In this document: positions 36,960 to 46,210 of the stretch, one piece after another
Position numbering within the stretch: position 1 is the stretch's first letter
Layout: every line of letters begins with the position of its first letter
Assembly: GCA_937982655.1 (NCBI GenBank)
Contig: CALJLK010000352.1
Location: 1 to 60,976 of the forward strand
Length of the DNA stretch: 60,976 nt
Direction of reading: 5' to 3'
From: an uncultured Sandaracinus sp.
GTDB taxonomy: Bacteria; Myxococcota_A; Polyangia; Polyangiales; Houyiibacteriaceae
The notes under the pieces: generated by a model
Databases searched by the model: none
What the model saw: only the letters and a program-made list of their open reading frames with translations
Told to the model about the DNA's origin: nothing
Position numbers and translations under genes: made by a program

Positions 36960-39900
36960 TCAGAGCACGCTCGTGCGGGCCTTCTTCGCCTCTTCGAGCT
37001 GCTCGTTCGCCTCACGCAGACGGCGAGACAAGATCCGCACGATTCCCTCCGCGAGCTCGGCTTGCTCGCGCATCACCTCGTAGAACGCCTCTTGATCCAC
37101 GCAGAGCACGCGCGCGCCGTCCGGGCCCGCCACCGCCGACGCGCTCCGCGGGGACCCGTCGAGCACGGACATCTCGCCGAGCGCTTCGCCCGCCGCGAGC
37201 GTCGCGAGCTTCACGCCGCCGTGTGCGATCGCCACCGTGCCCGACGCGATCACGTAGAGCGTGTCGCCCGGCGCGCCTTCGTCGAAGAGCGGCTCACCAG
37301 GCTCGTAACGCTCCACCGTCGCGACGCGCGCGATCGGCATCAGATCCTCCGCGCGCAGCGTCGCGAAGAGCGGCGCCGTGCGCAGGGTCAGCAGCTTCTC
37401 CAACGTCGTCTCCACGTCGCCCTCCTCTCCCAGCGCCACCTGCGCGGCGCGCGCCACCCGCGGCGCCGGATCGTCACGCATCGCCGCGAGCCGCTCGCGA
37501 TCGCCACCCGCGGCGAGCGCCCGCGCCGCCGACTCGCGCACCACCGCGTCGGGGTGAGTCGTCGCGAGCGCGCCGTACGTCGCGACGTCCGGGTGCGCGC
37601 GTGCGATCAGCGCTTCGAGCACCACGAAGGTCGCGAAGGGGTTCGGGTGCGCGACTTGAGCACGAACCCAGGCGTCGAACGGCTGAGGCTCCGCGCCCGC
37701 GATCGGCACGCCCGCGAGCGGACCGTCGTCGACGAAGGGCATCACGAGCGCGCGCGTCGCGGGCTCGAGCATTCCGTCGAGCACCTCGAGCGCGTTCGCC
37801 CGCTTCGCCGCGCGCTCGGGCGAGGTCTCCTCGAAGAGCACGAGGGCGCCGAGTCGATCGCGCACGAGGCGCAAGGACTCCGGCGGATGACGCAGCTCGA
37901 GCGTGCGCAAGATCCGTCGCAACCCGCGGGTGGCGCGGAAGGCGATCGCCTCGTCGAGAAGCTCCGTCCCGATCACGTCGCGCGCCGCCGCGTACGAACG
38001 CACCAAGCCCTCCGTCGCCACGCGCTCGCGCCGAACCCAGCCGAGCACCCGATCGCGCGGCTCCGGCGCGCGACGCAGGGCGCTGCGGAGCTTCGACGCT
38101 GCGGCGAGGAGACGAAGCCGCAGGTGCGAGTCCGGCGTGTCGAGACGCGCGAGCACCGCGTCGTAGGTGCGTGCATCGACGATCTCGCGCAGCACGCGCG
38201 GCAGCGCGAGACGCACCTCGCGCGGGGACCTCGGATCGTCGAGCACCGCGAGGAGCGGATCGAGCGCACCGACACCGAGCGCGGAGAGCGCGGTGCCGGC
38301 GTCGCCCGCGGTCGCGCGCTCCTGGAGGCGCTCGACGAGCAGCGGCAGCAGGCTCGGGTGTGCGACCCGGATCGCCGCGCGCGCGGCCGCGCTGCGCACC
38401 ACGCGCGAGGGGTCACGCAGCAGGGGCGCGAGGCGACGGTGCCCCCCCGCCCCGAGCGCACCGATCGCGACCGCGGCGTCGTGGCGGTCTTCGGCGTCGT
38501 CGGACGCGAGCAGCTCCGCGAGCCGCGGCCCACCGACCATCGCGCCCTCGAAGCCGGCGCGACCGAGCAACGCAGCGAGCGCCGCGGTCCGCACCTCACG
38601 CTCGGGATCGTCGAGTCGCGCCCGCAACACGTCGACCGCCTCGTCGCCGTCGAGCGCGGCCACCGTTCCACACGCGGCCGCGCGAACGCCCGCGTGCGCG
38701 TCGTCGATCCCGACCGGCACGAAGCCCGCCCGCACGATCGCGCTCGGCGGGAGCGACGCGAGCCTGCGCAGCGCGACGGAGCGAATCGCCGGCTCGTCGT
38801 GGCCCGCGAGGCGCACGAGCGCGACCGCCGCTTCGTCGGACGAGGCCGACTCTCCGAGCGCGTCGAGCGCCGCGACCACGCGCCGCGGGTCTTCGCTCGA
38901 GAGCGCGGCCGAGAGCGCCGCCCGTGCGTGCGCGTCCACGAGGCCCTCCGCGTCGTCCTCCAGGCCGTGCACGCGGAGCGTGGCTTCGAGGCGCGCGACG
39001 TAGCGGCGACGCACCACCGGCACGATCGCGAGCCAGCCGACCGTCGCGCCGAGCGCGACCCAGGAGAGGCCGATCGTGCCGAGCGGCTTGGCGAAGAGGA
39101 GCAAGAGCACGCCGCCGAGCGCGTACGCGAGCGGCTTGGCCACCGCGTCGAGGAACGCGCGCGTGCGCGCCTTGGCCGCCGCAGGAAACGGCACGTAGAG
39201 CGACTGCAGTGTCGTCTCGTGGATCGTGTATTGAAAGCCGTTGTCGGCGAACTTCATGACCGAGGCGAACGCGAGGCTCGGCCAGAAGAGCAGGAGCGCG
39301 CTCGCCACTCCGAAGACGCCGGGCATCACGGACATGCCGACGCCGACCCCGAAGCGGCGGAGGATCCGCGGCGTGCCGACGAGCTGAAAGAGGAACGCGA
39401 GCAAGCCGGCGCCCGCGTAGAAGTACGCGAAGAACGCGGCGAGCTCGTCCTCCCGATAGGTTTCCCGCGCGACGGCCTTGAACTGGTAGTCGCCCACCGT
39501 GAGGCTCGCGAACGCGAGCAGGAGCATGCCGCCGAGCACACGCACGTAACGATCGGAGACCACGCTCGGCGCGGGGCGGGCGTTGCGACGCGCGGTCTTC
39601 GGTCGTGGGGTCGCGCGGACCTCGCGACCGAGACGCAGCGCGAGCCCCGCCACGAGAGTGAGCAAGCCGGAGAGCACGAAGAGGAGCTGCTCGGTGCCGA
39701 TCGCGCGCACGACGACACCGGTCGCGAGCCCGACCAGGATGATGCCGAGCACGCGCGCCGCGCCGACCGTCCCGAAGAGGCGTTTGGCGGATCGTGGATC
39801 GAAGACGTCGTTGGCGAGGGTCCAGAATTGCGAAATGAGCAGATTCGCGAAGACCTCGGACCAGACGTAGAAGACGGGGTAGATCCACCGTTGTTCCGCC

Positions 39901-40262
39901 CGCACCGTGAACCAAGTACCGACGTAGGTCACCACGCCGAGCGCGGACCAGATCGCGATCATGCGGTCGCGCGGCAGGCGATCGGCGAAGCGCGCGTACA
40001 CCACGACGGTGAGCGCGGAGGCCACGCCGTACGCGACGAACATCCACGGGAGCGCGTCGATCGAGAAGCGGCTCAGGAAGAGCGTGTCGCGCACCGTCCG
40101 CCCCATCACGAAGATCGCGGACGCGAGCAGCAGGTGCGTGAAGAGCAACGTGACGCGCACGCCCTCACCCGGCCGCACCATCAGGCCGCCTCGGATCATC
40201 GTGAGCGCGGACGGGCGGGCGCTCGCGGAGGCGATGGGTGTGTCGACGGGGTCGGTGCTCAT
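36960..40262 (-). CDS. TLC-type (ATP/ADP-translocase-like) membrane transporter fused to HEAT repeats and a C-terminal cyclic-nucleotide-binding domain
   Basis: The N-terminal 12-TM region carries a TLC-like signature (VWSEVFANLLISQFWTLANDVFDPRSAKRLFGTVGAARVLG). The central region has repeated HEAT-like helices (DPxxRVRxAAxxAL pattern). The C-terminus is a cNMP domain (FDEGAPGDTLYVIASG...GEALGEMSVLDGSPRSASAVA). Confidence 0.85.
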   Translation of the reverse strand: MSTDPVDTPIASASARPSALTMIRGGLMVRPGEGVRVTLLFTHLLLASAIFVMGRTVRDTLFLSRFSIDALPWMFVAYGVASALTVVVYARFADRLPRDRMIAIWSALGVVTYVGTWFTVRAEQRWIYPVFYVWSEVFANLLISQFWTLANDVFDPRSAKRLFGTVGAARVLGIILVGLATGVVVRAIGTEQLLFVLSGLLTLVAGLALRLGREVRATPRPKTARRNARPAPSVVSDRYVRVLGGMLLLAFASLTVGDYQFKAVARETYREDELAAFFAYFYAGAGLLAFLFQLVGTPRILRRFGVGVGMSVMPGVFGVASALLLFWPSLAFASVMKFADNGFQYTIHETTLQSLYVPFPAAAKARTRAFLDAVAKPLAYALGGVLLLLFAKPLGTIGLSWVALGATVGWLAIVPVVRRRYVARLEATLRVHGLEDDAEGLVDAHARAALSAALSSEDPRRVVAALDALGESASSDEAAVALVRLAGHDEPAIRSVALRRLASLPPSAIVRAGFVPVGIDDAHAGVRAAACGTVAALDGDEAVDVLRARLDDPEREVRTAALAALLGRAGFEGAMVGGPRLAELLASDDAEDRHDAAVAIGALGAGGHRRLAPLLRDPSRVVRSAAARAAIRVAHPSLLPLLVERLQERATAGDAGTALSALGVGALDPLLAVLDDPRSPREVRLALPRVLREIVDARTYDAVLARLDTPDSHLRLRLLAAASKLRSALRRAPEPRDRVLGWVRRERVATEGLVRSYAAARDVIGTELLDEAIAFRATRGLRRILRTLELRHPPESLRLVRDRLGALVLFEETSPERAAKRANALEVLDGMLEPATRALVMPFVDDGPLAGVPIAGAEPQPFDAWVRAQVAHPNPFATFVVLEALIARAHPDVATYGALATTHPDAVVRESAARALAAGGDRERLAAMRDDPAPRVARAAQVALGEEGDVETTLEKLLTLRTAPLFATLRAEDLMPIARVATVERYEPGEPLFDEGAPGDTLYVIASGTVAIAHGGVKLATLAAGEALGEMSVLDGSPRSASAVAGPDGARVLCVDQEAFYEVMREQAELAEGIVRILSRRLREANEQLEEAKKARTSVL

Positions 40263-40381
40263 CGAGGGGGTCTTCGAGGGATCATCGAGGGGTGCTTCGA
40301 GATGCGATCCTCATCGAGAAGCTCCGCGCTTCAGCGACCGCCGACGAAGTCGAAGACGGGTGCCGACGCGCGGTACCGCGC

Positions 40382-40855
40382 TCACCGCCGCTTGCACCCG
40401 AGCGCTTCGAGCCGCGCGCTCACGTCGCTGACCCAGTCGGTCTCCACGCCCGCGACGATGCTCTGCCGCGCGGTCGTCATGGGCTCGATCGACACCCGGA
40501 GCCGCACCTGCTCGGCGAAGCCACGCTTCGGATCCATGCGCACCGCGCCGGTGAAGGGCGAGAGCTCGACGTGCAGCGCCGCGGTGTCCTCCGGCACCAC
40601 CGCGCGCGCGATCGAGCGGAGCACGTCGTCGAGGTGCTCCGCCGCGTCGCGCAGGTGCAGCTCTTCGTCCGCCTCCGAGCGCATCCCGTACAGATCGATC
40701 GTCCACCCGTCGCGGCGCACCGATCCGTCGATCCCGATCTGATGCGGATGCACCTCGAAGCTCACGGAATGACGCTCGACCAGCCCTCGGAGCTCTTCTT
40801 CGGAGAGCCCGGTGGTCCAGTGATCGACCGGCAGAATCGAGTGTCGCGGCTCCAT
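40382..40855 (-). CDS. Hypothetical protein (158 aa)
   Basis: Internal ATG (MEPRHS) has AAGGAGG 7 nt upstream. Composition is acidic and balanced. No family recognised. Confidence 0.6.
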   Translation of the reverse strand: MEPRHSILPVDHWTTGLSEEELRGLVERHSVSFEVHPHQIGIDGSVRRDGWTIDLYGMRSEADEELHLRDAAEHLDDVLRSIARAVVPEDTAALHVELSPFTGAVRMDPKRGFAEQVRLRVSIEPMTTARQSIVAGVETDWVSDVSARLEALGCKRR

Positions 40856-41046
40856 CCCCATCCTCCTTCGCTCAGCACGGCGCTCACCACGGCGCGCGTC
40901 GAATCGCGCGTCACGTCGCTCGCGACCGCACGTCGCATCACGTCGCTGCGCCCCGCCGATCGCGGGCTGCGTTTGCCGTCTGGGCGCACCTGCTGCACAC
41001 CCCGCCGTCGGCGTCGTTCGCCGACCGCCTCGGAGTAACAACAACC

Positions 41047-43017
41047 GTGCCCTTGCTCGTCGCCCGCGGACTACAGAAATCGTTCGGACCGCGCGTCCTC
41101 CTCGACGGGGTCGACCTCTCGCTCGAAGAAGGCCGCCGCGTCGGGCTCGTCGGCGTGAACGGCAGCGGGAAGTCGACCCTCGCGCGAATCCTCGCGACGG
41201 GCGCTAGCTCCGGCACCGACGCGAGCACGGAGCTGCGCCGACGCGACGAGGACGCCGACTCCGGTGAGGTCATCCTGCGCAACGGCGCAGTGGTTGCGTA
41301 CCTCGCGCAAGAGCCGCGCTTCGCCCCCGGACGCACCGCGGGCGAGGTGGTGCGCGAAGGGCTCGCGGCGTGGGAGGCCGCGCGTCGTCGCCACGACGAG
41401 GCGACGCATGCGCTGACGGAGGGACGTGGCGATCTCGAGGCCGCGCTCGCGATGCAGGCCGAAGCCGCAGCGGAGGTCGAGCACCTCGGTGGGTGGGACG
41501 CCGACCACGTGGTGCCCGCGGCCCTGCGCGCGCTCGGAGCGCCCGAGCCGGAGCGGGTGGTCGACGGCATGAGCGGCGGTGAGCGGCGCCGCGTCGCGCT
41601 CGCGCGGCTGCTCGTGCAGGCGCCCGATCTCGCGATCCTCGACGAGCCCACCAACCACCTCGACACCGACGCGATCGAGCAGCTCGAGAACTGGTTGCTC
41701 ACGCGCTTTCGAGGCGCGGTGCTCCTCGTCACCCACGATCGCTACTTGCTCGACCGCGTGACCGACGAGACCTGGGAGCTCGACGCCGGCAAGGTGCACG
41801 TCTACGACGGCGGCTGGAGCGCGTACCTCGAAGCGAAGGCCGAGCGCATGCTCCTCGCCGAGCGCCAGGAGTCGAACCGCCAGAACTTCCTGCGCAAAGA
41901 GCTCGATTGGCTCCGGCGCTCTCCGTCCGCGCGCAGCACCAAGCAGAAAGCGCGCATCGGTCGCGCGCACGAGGCGCTCGCCGAAGAAGGCCCGCGTCGC
42001 GAGCGTACCGCGTCGCTCTCGCTCCAGCAGACGCGCCTCGGCAAGACGATCCTCGAGCTGAAGAAGGTCGACCTGACGATCGGCGGACGCACCCTCGTGC
42101 GGCAGCTCGACTTCGTACTGCAGAAGGGCGACCGCGTCGGGATCGTGGGCCCGAACGGCGCCGGCAAGACGACCCTGCTGCGCGCGGTGACGGGCGAGCT
42201 CGCGCCCTCGTCGGGGCAGGTCGTGGTGGGCCCGAGCACACGCTTCGCGTACTTCGATCAGACGCGCAGCGGGCTCGTCGACGAGCTCTCCATCCTCGAG
42301 AACGTCGCCGACAAGAAAGAGAAGCTGACGATCGGCGATCGCACGATGGACGTGCGCACCTACCTCTCGCGTTTCCTCTTCGCGCCCGATCGCATCCGCG
42401 AGAAGGTCGGCAACCTGAGCGGCGGCGAGCGCGCGCGCGTGCGGCTCGCGCAGCTCCTGCTGGAGCCGGCGAACGTGCTCCTGCTCGACGAGCCGACGAA
42501 CGATCTCGACGTCGCGACGCTCGGCGCGCTCGAAGAGATGTTGCTCGAGAGCGACGCGACCGCGCTGGTGGTCAGCCACGATCGTTACTTCCTCGATCGG
42601 GTGTGCACCGCGATTCTGGAGATCGATCCGAAGGGCGACGGCACACCGATCCGCTGGGAAGGCAGCTACGACACCTACCGTCGGCTGAAGCAGGCGCGCG
42701 AGGTGGAGCAGGCCGGACGCGAGAAGGCGATGCGCGAAGCCTCCAAGGAGAAGACCGCCGCGGAGGCGAAGGCGAGCACGCCGCCGAAGCCGAAGGCCGG
42801 CCTCTCGTCGAAGGAGAAGCGTGAGCTCGAAGGGCTGATGGACGCGATCGAAGCGGCGGAGACCCGCATGGCGGAGCTCGACGCGGTGCTCGCGGATCCG
42901 ACGACCTACGCGATGCGCTCGGCGGAGGTCCCGAAGCTCACGGCCGATCGCGACGCAGCGCACGCGGAGGTCGAGCGGCTGATGGCGCGCTGGGAAGAGC
43001 TCGAAGCGCGGAAGTGA
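41047..43017 (+). CDS. ABC-F family ATPase (Uup/EttA-like translation/ribosome-associated ABC protein)
   Basis: Two ABC cassettes without TM domains. Walker A motifs are GVNGSGKST and GPNGAGKTT, and the signatures are MSGGERRR and LSGGERAR. It has a C-terminal coiled coil and a GTG start. Confidence 0.9.
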   Translation: MPLLVARGLQKSFGPRVLLDGVDLSLEEGRRVGLVGVNGSGKSTLARILATGASSGTDASTELRRRDEDADSGEVILRNGAVVAYLAQEPRFAPGRTAGEVVREGLAAWEAARRRHDEATHALTEGRGDLEAALAMQAEAAAEVEHLGGWDADHVVPAALRALGAPEPERVVDGMSGGERRRVALARLLVQAPDLAILDEPTNHLDTDAIEQLENWLLTRFRGAVLLVTHDRYLLDRVTDETWELDAGKVHVYDGGWSAYLEAKAERMLLAERQESNRQNFLRKELDWLRRSPSARSTKQKARIGRAHEALAEEGPRRERTASLSLQQTRLGKTILELKKVDLTIGGRTLVRQLDFVLQKGDRVGIVGPNGAGKTTLLRAVTGELAPSSGQVVVGPSTRFAYFDQTRSGLVDELSILENVADKKEKLTIGDRTMDVRTYLSRFLFAPDRIREKVGNLSGGERARVRLAQLLLEPANVLLLDEPTNDLDVATLGALEEMLLESDATALVVSHDRYFLDRVCTAILEIDPKGDGTPIRWEGSYDTYRRLKQAREVEQAGREKAMREASKEKTAAEAKASTPPKPKAGLSSKEKRELEGLMDAIEAAETRMAELDAVLADPTTYAMRSAEVPKLTADRDAAHAEVERLMARWEELEARK

Positions 43018-43170
43018 GCGCTCGAGCTCTCGCGTCGTTCACGGATCGTAGAAGAGCTCGAACGCGCATGAGCGCTCGAGCTCTCGCGTCGTTCACGGAT
43101 CGTAGAAGAGCTCGAACGCGCATGAGCGCTCGAGCTCTTCGCGTCGTTCACGGATCGTAGAAGAGCGAGT
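43016..43170. repeat. 54-bp tandem repeat (2 full units + 1 partial) spanning the junction of two convergent genes
   Basis: Units start at 43016, 43070 and 43124. Each unit contains TTCACGGATCGTAGAAGAG (the reverse complement encodes LFYDP-stop, the C-terminus of the 43148-44854 gene) and GAAGAGCTCGAACGCGCATGA (a near copy of the ABC-F 3' end GAAGAGCTCGAAGCGCGGAAGTGA). Confidence 0.9.
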
Positions 43171-44854
43171 AGACCGGGTTGGTGCCGGTCATCCCGTCCG
43201 CGAACACGAAGTTGCCCGCGTTGATCTGGATCCGCGCGCGCTGGATCCCGCCGCCGATGCTGGTGCCCGTCGCGCACGCGCCTTCGGTGTCGTCGTCGTT
43301 GCAGGTGAAGCGGTTGTAGACGTCGGGCGTGTGGGTGTCGGAGTAGAGCTCGAAGACGGCAGGACGCTCGCCCGAGGCTGGGCCGTAGAAGAACAGATGT
43401 TCGCCCTCGAGGAACGAGCCGCTGCCCTGGCACGAGCCGCTCTGCCCCGCCGCGCCGACCGCGACGCCGCCGAACCCGATCACCGTGCCACCCCCGCGGA
43501 TGTCGAGCGCGGCGCCGCAGCGATCCTCGGCCGCGGTCGTGATCTGCACGTTGATCGTGTAGTCGCCGCTCGCGCTCGACCCGTACGGCTCCACGAGCAG
43601 GAACACGCGCGTGGTCGAGAAGCTCGAGCCGATGCGGTGCAGCCAGATGCGGCTCCACGTGGTCGAGCCGAGGTTCGAGTCGTCGTTGCAGCCGAGGCCG
43701 CCGAGATCGAACTCGCCACAGGTGCGCGCGACTGCGAGCACGGTGTCGACCGTCGCGCCCTGAGTGTCGATGCGCACGTCCCAGTTGCCCGAGGGGATGT
43801 CGACGTAGTGGATCGCATCCGGCGACGACGTCCGCGCCGCGCCGCCGATCGCGCTCCGCATGGCGCTGCTGGTCTGGCAGAGCGTGTCGTAGTCGTCCGT
43901 GAGCCCGACGAAGGTGCCCGTGATCGACCCGGTGTTCGCGGCGAGCACCACCGGCGTCGCGCTCTCGCAATCGTCCGGGAGATCCGTCGCGCACTCGTCG
44001 CTCTCGTCGACGTCGCCGTCGCAGTCGTCGTCCTCGCCGTTGCAGAGCTCCGGCGCGCCCGGGTAGACGTTCGGATCCGTGTCGTCGCAGTCGTCGCCAC
44101 CGCACCGACCGCCGACCGCGAAGCCGTCGTCGTCGTCGTCGCGCGGCGGGTTCTGGCAGCCGACGCCGGGCTCGCAGAAGTCTTCCGTGCACGCGTTGCC
44201 GTCGGCGCAGTTGATCGCCATCGCGCCGAGACAGCCGCGCGCCGGATCGCAGCGCCCACCTTCGAAGCAGACGCCGTCGTCGCAGAGCGCGTCGTTCGGC
44301 GTTCGCGAGCACCCACGCGCCGGATCGCAGGTGTCCACCGTGCAGCTCACGCCGTCGTCGCACGCGGCGTCGACGGGCATGTTGACGCAGCCGACGCCGG
44401 GCTCACAGCGGTCGGACGTGCAGGGCACTCCGTCATCGCAGCTCGGGGGCGCACCCGTGGAGCAGCCCGTGCGCGCGTCGGGTGCGGCGCCACCGCAGAC
44501 CTCTTCGCCGTTGCATGCGTTCCCATCGTCGCAGTCGGCGTTCGTCGCGCAGCGCTCCGAGATGCAACCGCGCGTGGGATTGCAGCGCTCGCCGAGCCCA
44601 CAGAGCGCGTCGTTCGGGACGAAGCGGCACGCGTCGCCCACGCACGTGTCGTCGGTGCACGCGACGCCGTCGTCGCAGCCCGCGCCACAGCCTCCGCCGC
44701 CGTCGCCGCCCCCGTCACTGACGGGGCCCGCGTCGACGAGCTCGTCGTCGCCGAGGCGTCCGGGGTCGGTGTCGACGAGCGCGCTGCAGCCGAAGCCGAG
44801 CGCGATCGCGCACGAGAGAACGAAGGGATTCGAAGCGCGTACGAGGATGGACAT
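43148..44854 (-). CDS. Secreted Cys-rich lipoprotein with MopE-type 'putative metal-binding' repeats
   Basis: Lipobox LSCAIALGFGC. Repeated C..D..C/CDDG.xC modules typical of the myxobacterial Cys-rich repeat are present. The motif GDDCDDTDPNVYPGAPELCNGEDDDCDGDVDE is followed by a Cys-poor beta-rich C-terminal half. Its start overlaps the upstream stop (TGATG). Confidence 0.85.
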   Translation of the reverse strand: MSILVRASNPFVLSCAIALGFGCSALVDTDPGRLGDDELVDAGPVSDGGGDGGGGCGAGCDDGVACTDDTCVGDACRFVPNDALCGLGERCNPTRGCISERCATNADCDDGNACNGEEVCGGAAPDARTGCSTGAPPSCDDGVPCTSDRCEPGVGCVNMPVDAACDDGVSCTVDTCDPARGCSRTPNDALCDDGVCFEGGRCDPARGCLGAMAINCADGNACTEDFCEPGVGCQNPPRDDDDDGFAVGGRCGGDDCDDTDPNVYPGAPELCNGEDDDCDGDVDESDECATDLPDDCESATPVVLAANTGSITGTFVGLTDDYDTLCQTSSAMRSAIGGAARTSSPDAIHYVDIPSGNWDVRIDTQGATVDTVLAVARTCGEFDLGGLGCNDDSNLGSTTWSRIWLHRIGSSFSTTRVFLLVEPYGSSASGDYTINVQITTAAEDRCGAALDIRGGGTVIGFGGVAVGAAGQSGSCQGSGSFLEGEHLFFYGPASGERPAVFELYSDTHTPDVYNRFTCNDDDTEGACATGTSIGGGIQRARIQINAGNFVFADGMTGTNPVYSLFYDP

Positions 44855-45921
44855 CAGAAGCTCCTCCGCACGAGGACACCGCCCGCGTTCGGGCCGGCGA
44901 TGGGGGCCACCTGGGTCCGCGCAACGTCTTCGTCGCCGCGATCCCAGAGAAGGAAGAACACCGTCGCGCCGGCCGCGAGCACCGTGGTGACGGCGAGGAC
45001 GTCGGTCGCGATGGAGAGGCGGGAGGCACGTCGATCCGCGTCGCGTCCGTCCGCGCGCGCCTCGTTGCGCTCCGCCGCGGTGGGCGCGCTCATGCTGCGT
45101 TCGACCGCGTCGTCGAAGTCCGACTTCGCGCCGAGCGCCGCCACGCCGAGCCCGATGGTGGTGCCGAGGAGCACCACCGTGGCCGCTCCGGCCGCGATCG
45201 TCGGCGCGTCGAAGTGGAGCCGGCGTCCTCCGCCCGCGTCGTCCTCGAACGCATCCTCGGTGTCGTCGGCCGTGTCGTCGGCCGTGCCGTCCGTGCCCTC
45301 GTTCGAAACGTCGGCGTCGAGCACCTCGGGGGGCGGCGTCACCACCTCCGGCGCCGGCACGAGCGTCACCGTCAGCTCCACCCGATCGCCGCCTCGCACC
45401 TCGACGTCGCGCGTCTCGGTGCGGTGGCCCGCGAACGAGACCTCCACGCGGTGCGTGCCGCGCGCGAGCTCGATTGGCTCCAGAACCGGCGCGGTCCGCA
45501 TGACGTTGCCGACCCGCACCGTCGCGCCGTCGGGCTGGACACGCACGAACACCTCTCCGACCTGCTGCCGCAGCCGCCGCACCGCCGCGCGCACCTCGCG
45601 CTGCTGCTCCGGGCTCGCGTTCTCGGCCTCCGCGAGGAAACGCTCGAAGTGATCGAGCGCTTCGAGCGGCCGCTCGAGCCGCTCGTAGCAGTTGGCCATG
45701 TTCACGCGCACGCTCGGATGCGGCGCGATCCGGTAGGCCTCCTGAAAGGACGCGAGCGCCTCTTGGAAGCGCTCCGCCGCGTACGCTTCGACGCCGCGTT
45801 GGAAGGCCGCCCGCGCCTGCGCCCGCTCCGCTTCGGTCTGGGCCGAGACGATCGACGGTCGCGCGAGAGAGGGCAGCACGAGCACGACGCTCGCGAAAGC
45901 CAAGAGAAGAACCCGAAACAT
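44854..45921 (-). CDS. TPR + PEGA domain protein with C-terminal TM helices
   Basis: Start at MFRVLLLAFASVVLVL (signal peptide), with GGAGGTG upstream. The TPR segment is AERFQEALASFQEAYRIAPHPSVRVNMANCYERLERPLEAL, the PEGA segment is VRVQPDGATVRVGN...GTHRVEVSFAGH, and the tail is hydrophobic. Confidence 0.8.
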   Translation of the reverse strand: MFRVLLLAFASVVLVLPSLARPSIVSAQTEAERAQARAAFQRGVEAYAAERFQEALASFQEAYRIAPHPSVRVNMANCYERLERPLEALDHFERFLAEAENASPEQQREVRAAVRRLRQQVGEVFVRVQPDGATVRVGNVMRTAPVLEPIELARGTHRVEVSFAGHRTETRDVEVRGGDRVELTVTLVPAPEVVTPPPEVLDADVSNEGTDGTADDTADDTEDAFEDDAGGGRRLHFDAPTIAAGAATVVLLGTTIGLGVAALGAKSDFDDAVERSMSAPTAAERNEARADGRDADRRASRLSIATDVLAVTTVLAAGATVFFLLWDRGDEDVARTQVAPIAGPNAGGVLVRRSF

Positions 45922-46210
45922 CCGCACCTCCGGCCGCTCGGGAGCGACCACGAGCCGACCCGAGCCAGCTCGACCACCTAGCTAGCGCGACGCGCCCGTC
46001 GCGAGCGAGCAGGATACGAACGCGCGTGAACGTCCGTCAAACGTGGGCGGCGCGCGACGCACGAGCGGCAAGGCGATCGGTGCTGCCTTCGACGCGCGAC
46101 CGGGCGTCTGTCGGGAGCAGTTCATCAAGTCCGGGTCATGAGCACTTAGAGATGTCCGCCTACGACCGGGCGTCTCGCGGACGCCCGCCCAGTCGTGCGA
46201 CGCTCGGAGC

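Noticed and set aside
34907-39259. Very long ORF (1450 aa, + strand), with similar ones at 36630-40742 (+), 14614-18147 (+), 55830-58244 (-), 10162-12414 (-), 6705-8741 (-) and 58313-60925 (-).
   Set aside because: Their translations are dominated by Arg/Ala/Pro/Gly with no motifs. Each lies antisense or out of frame to an ORF with normal composition and clear family motifs. These are the classic open-frame artefacts of very GC-rich DNA.
42938-43123. 61-aa ORF with an internally repeated peptide (MRVRALLRSVNDARARAL x2).
   Set aside because: It is produced entirely by the 54-bp tandem repeat between two convergent genes. It has no SD and no independent coding signal.
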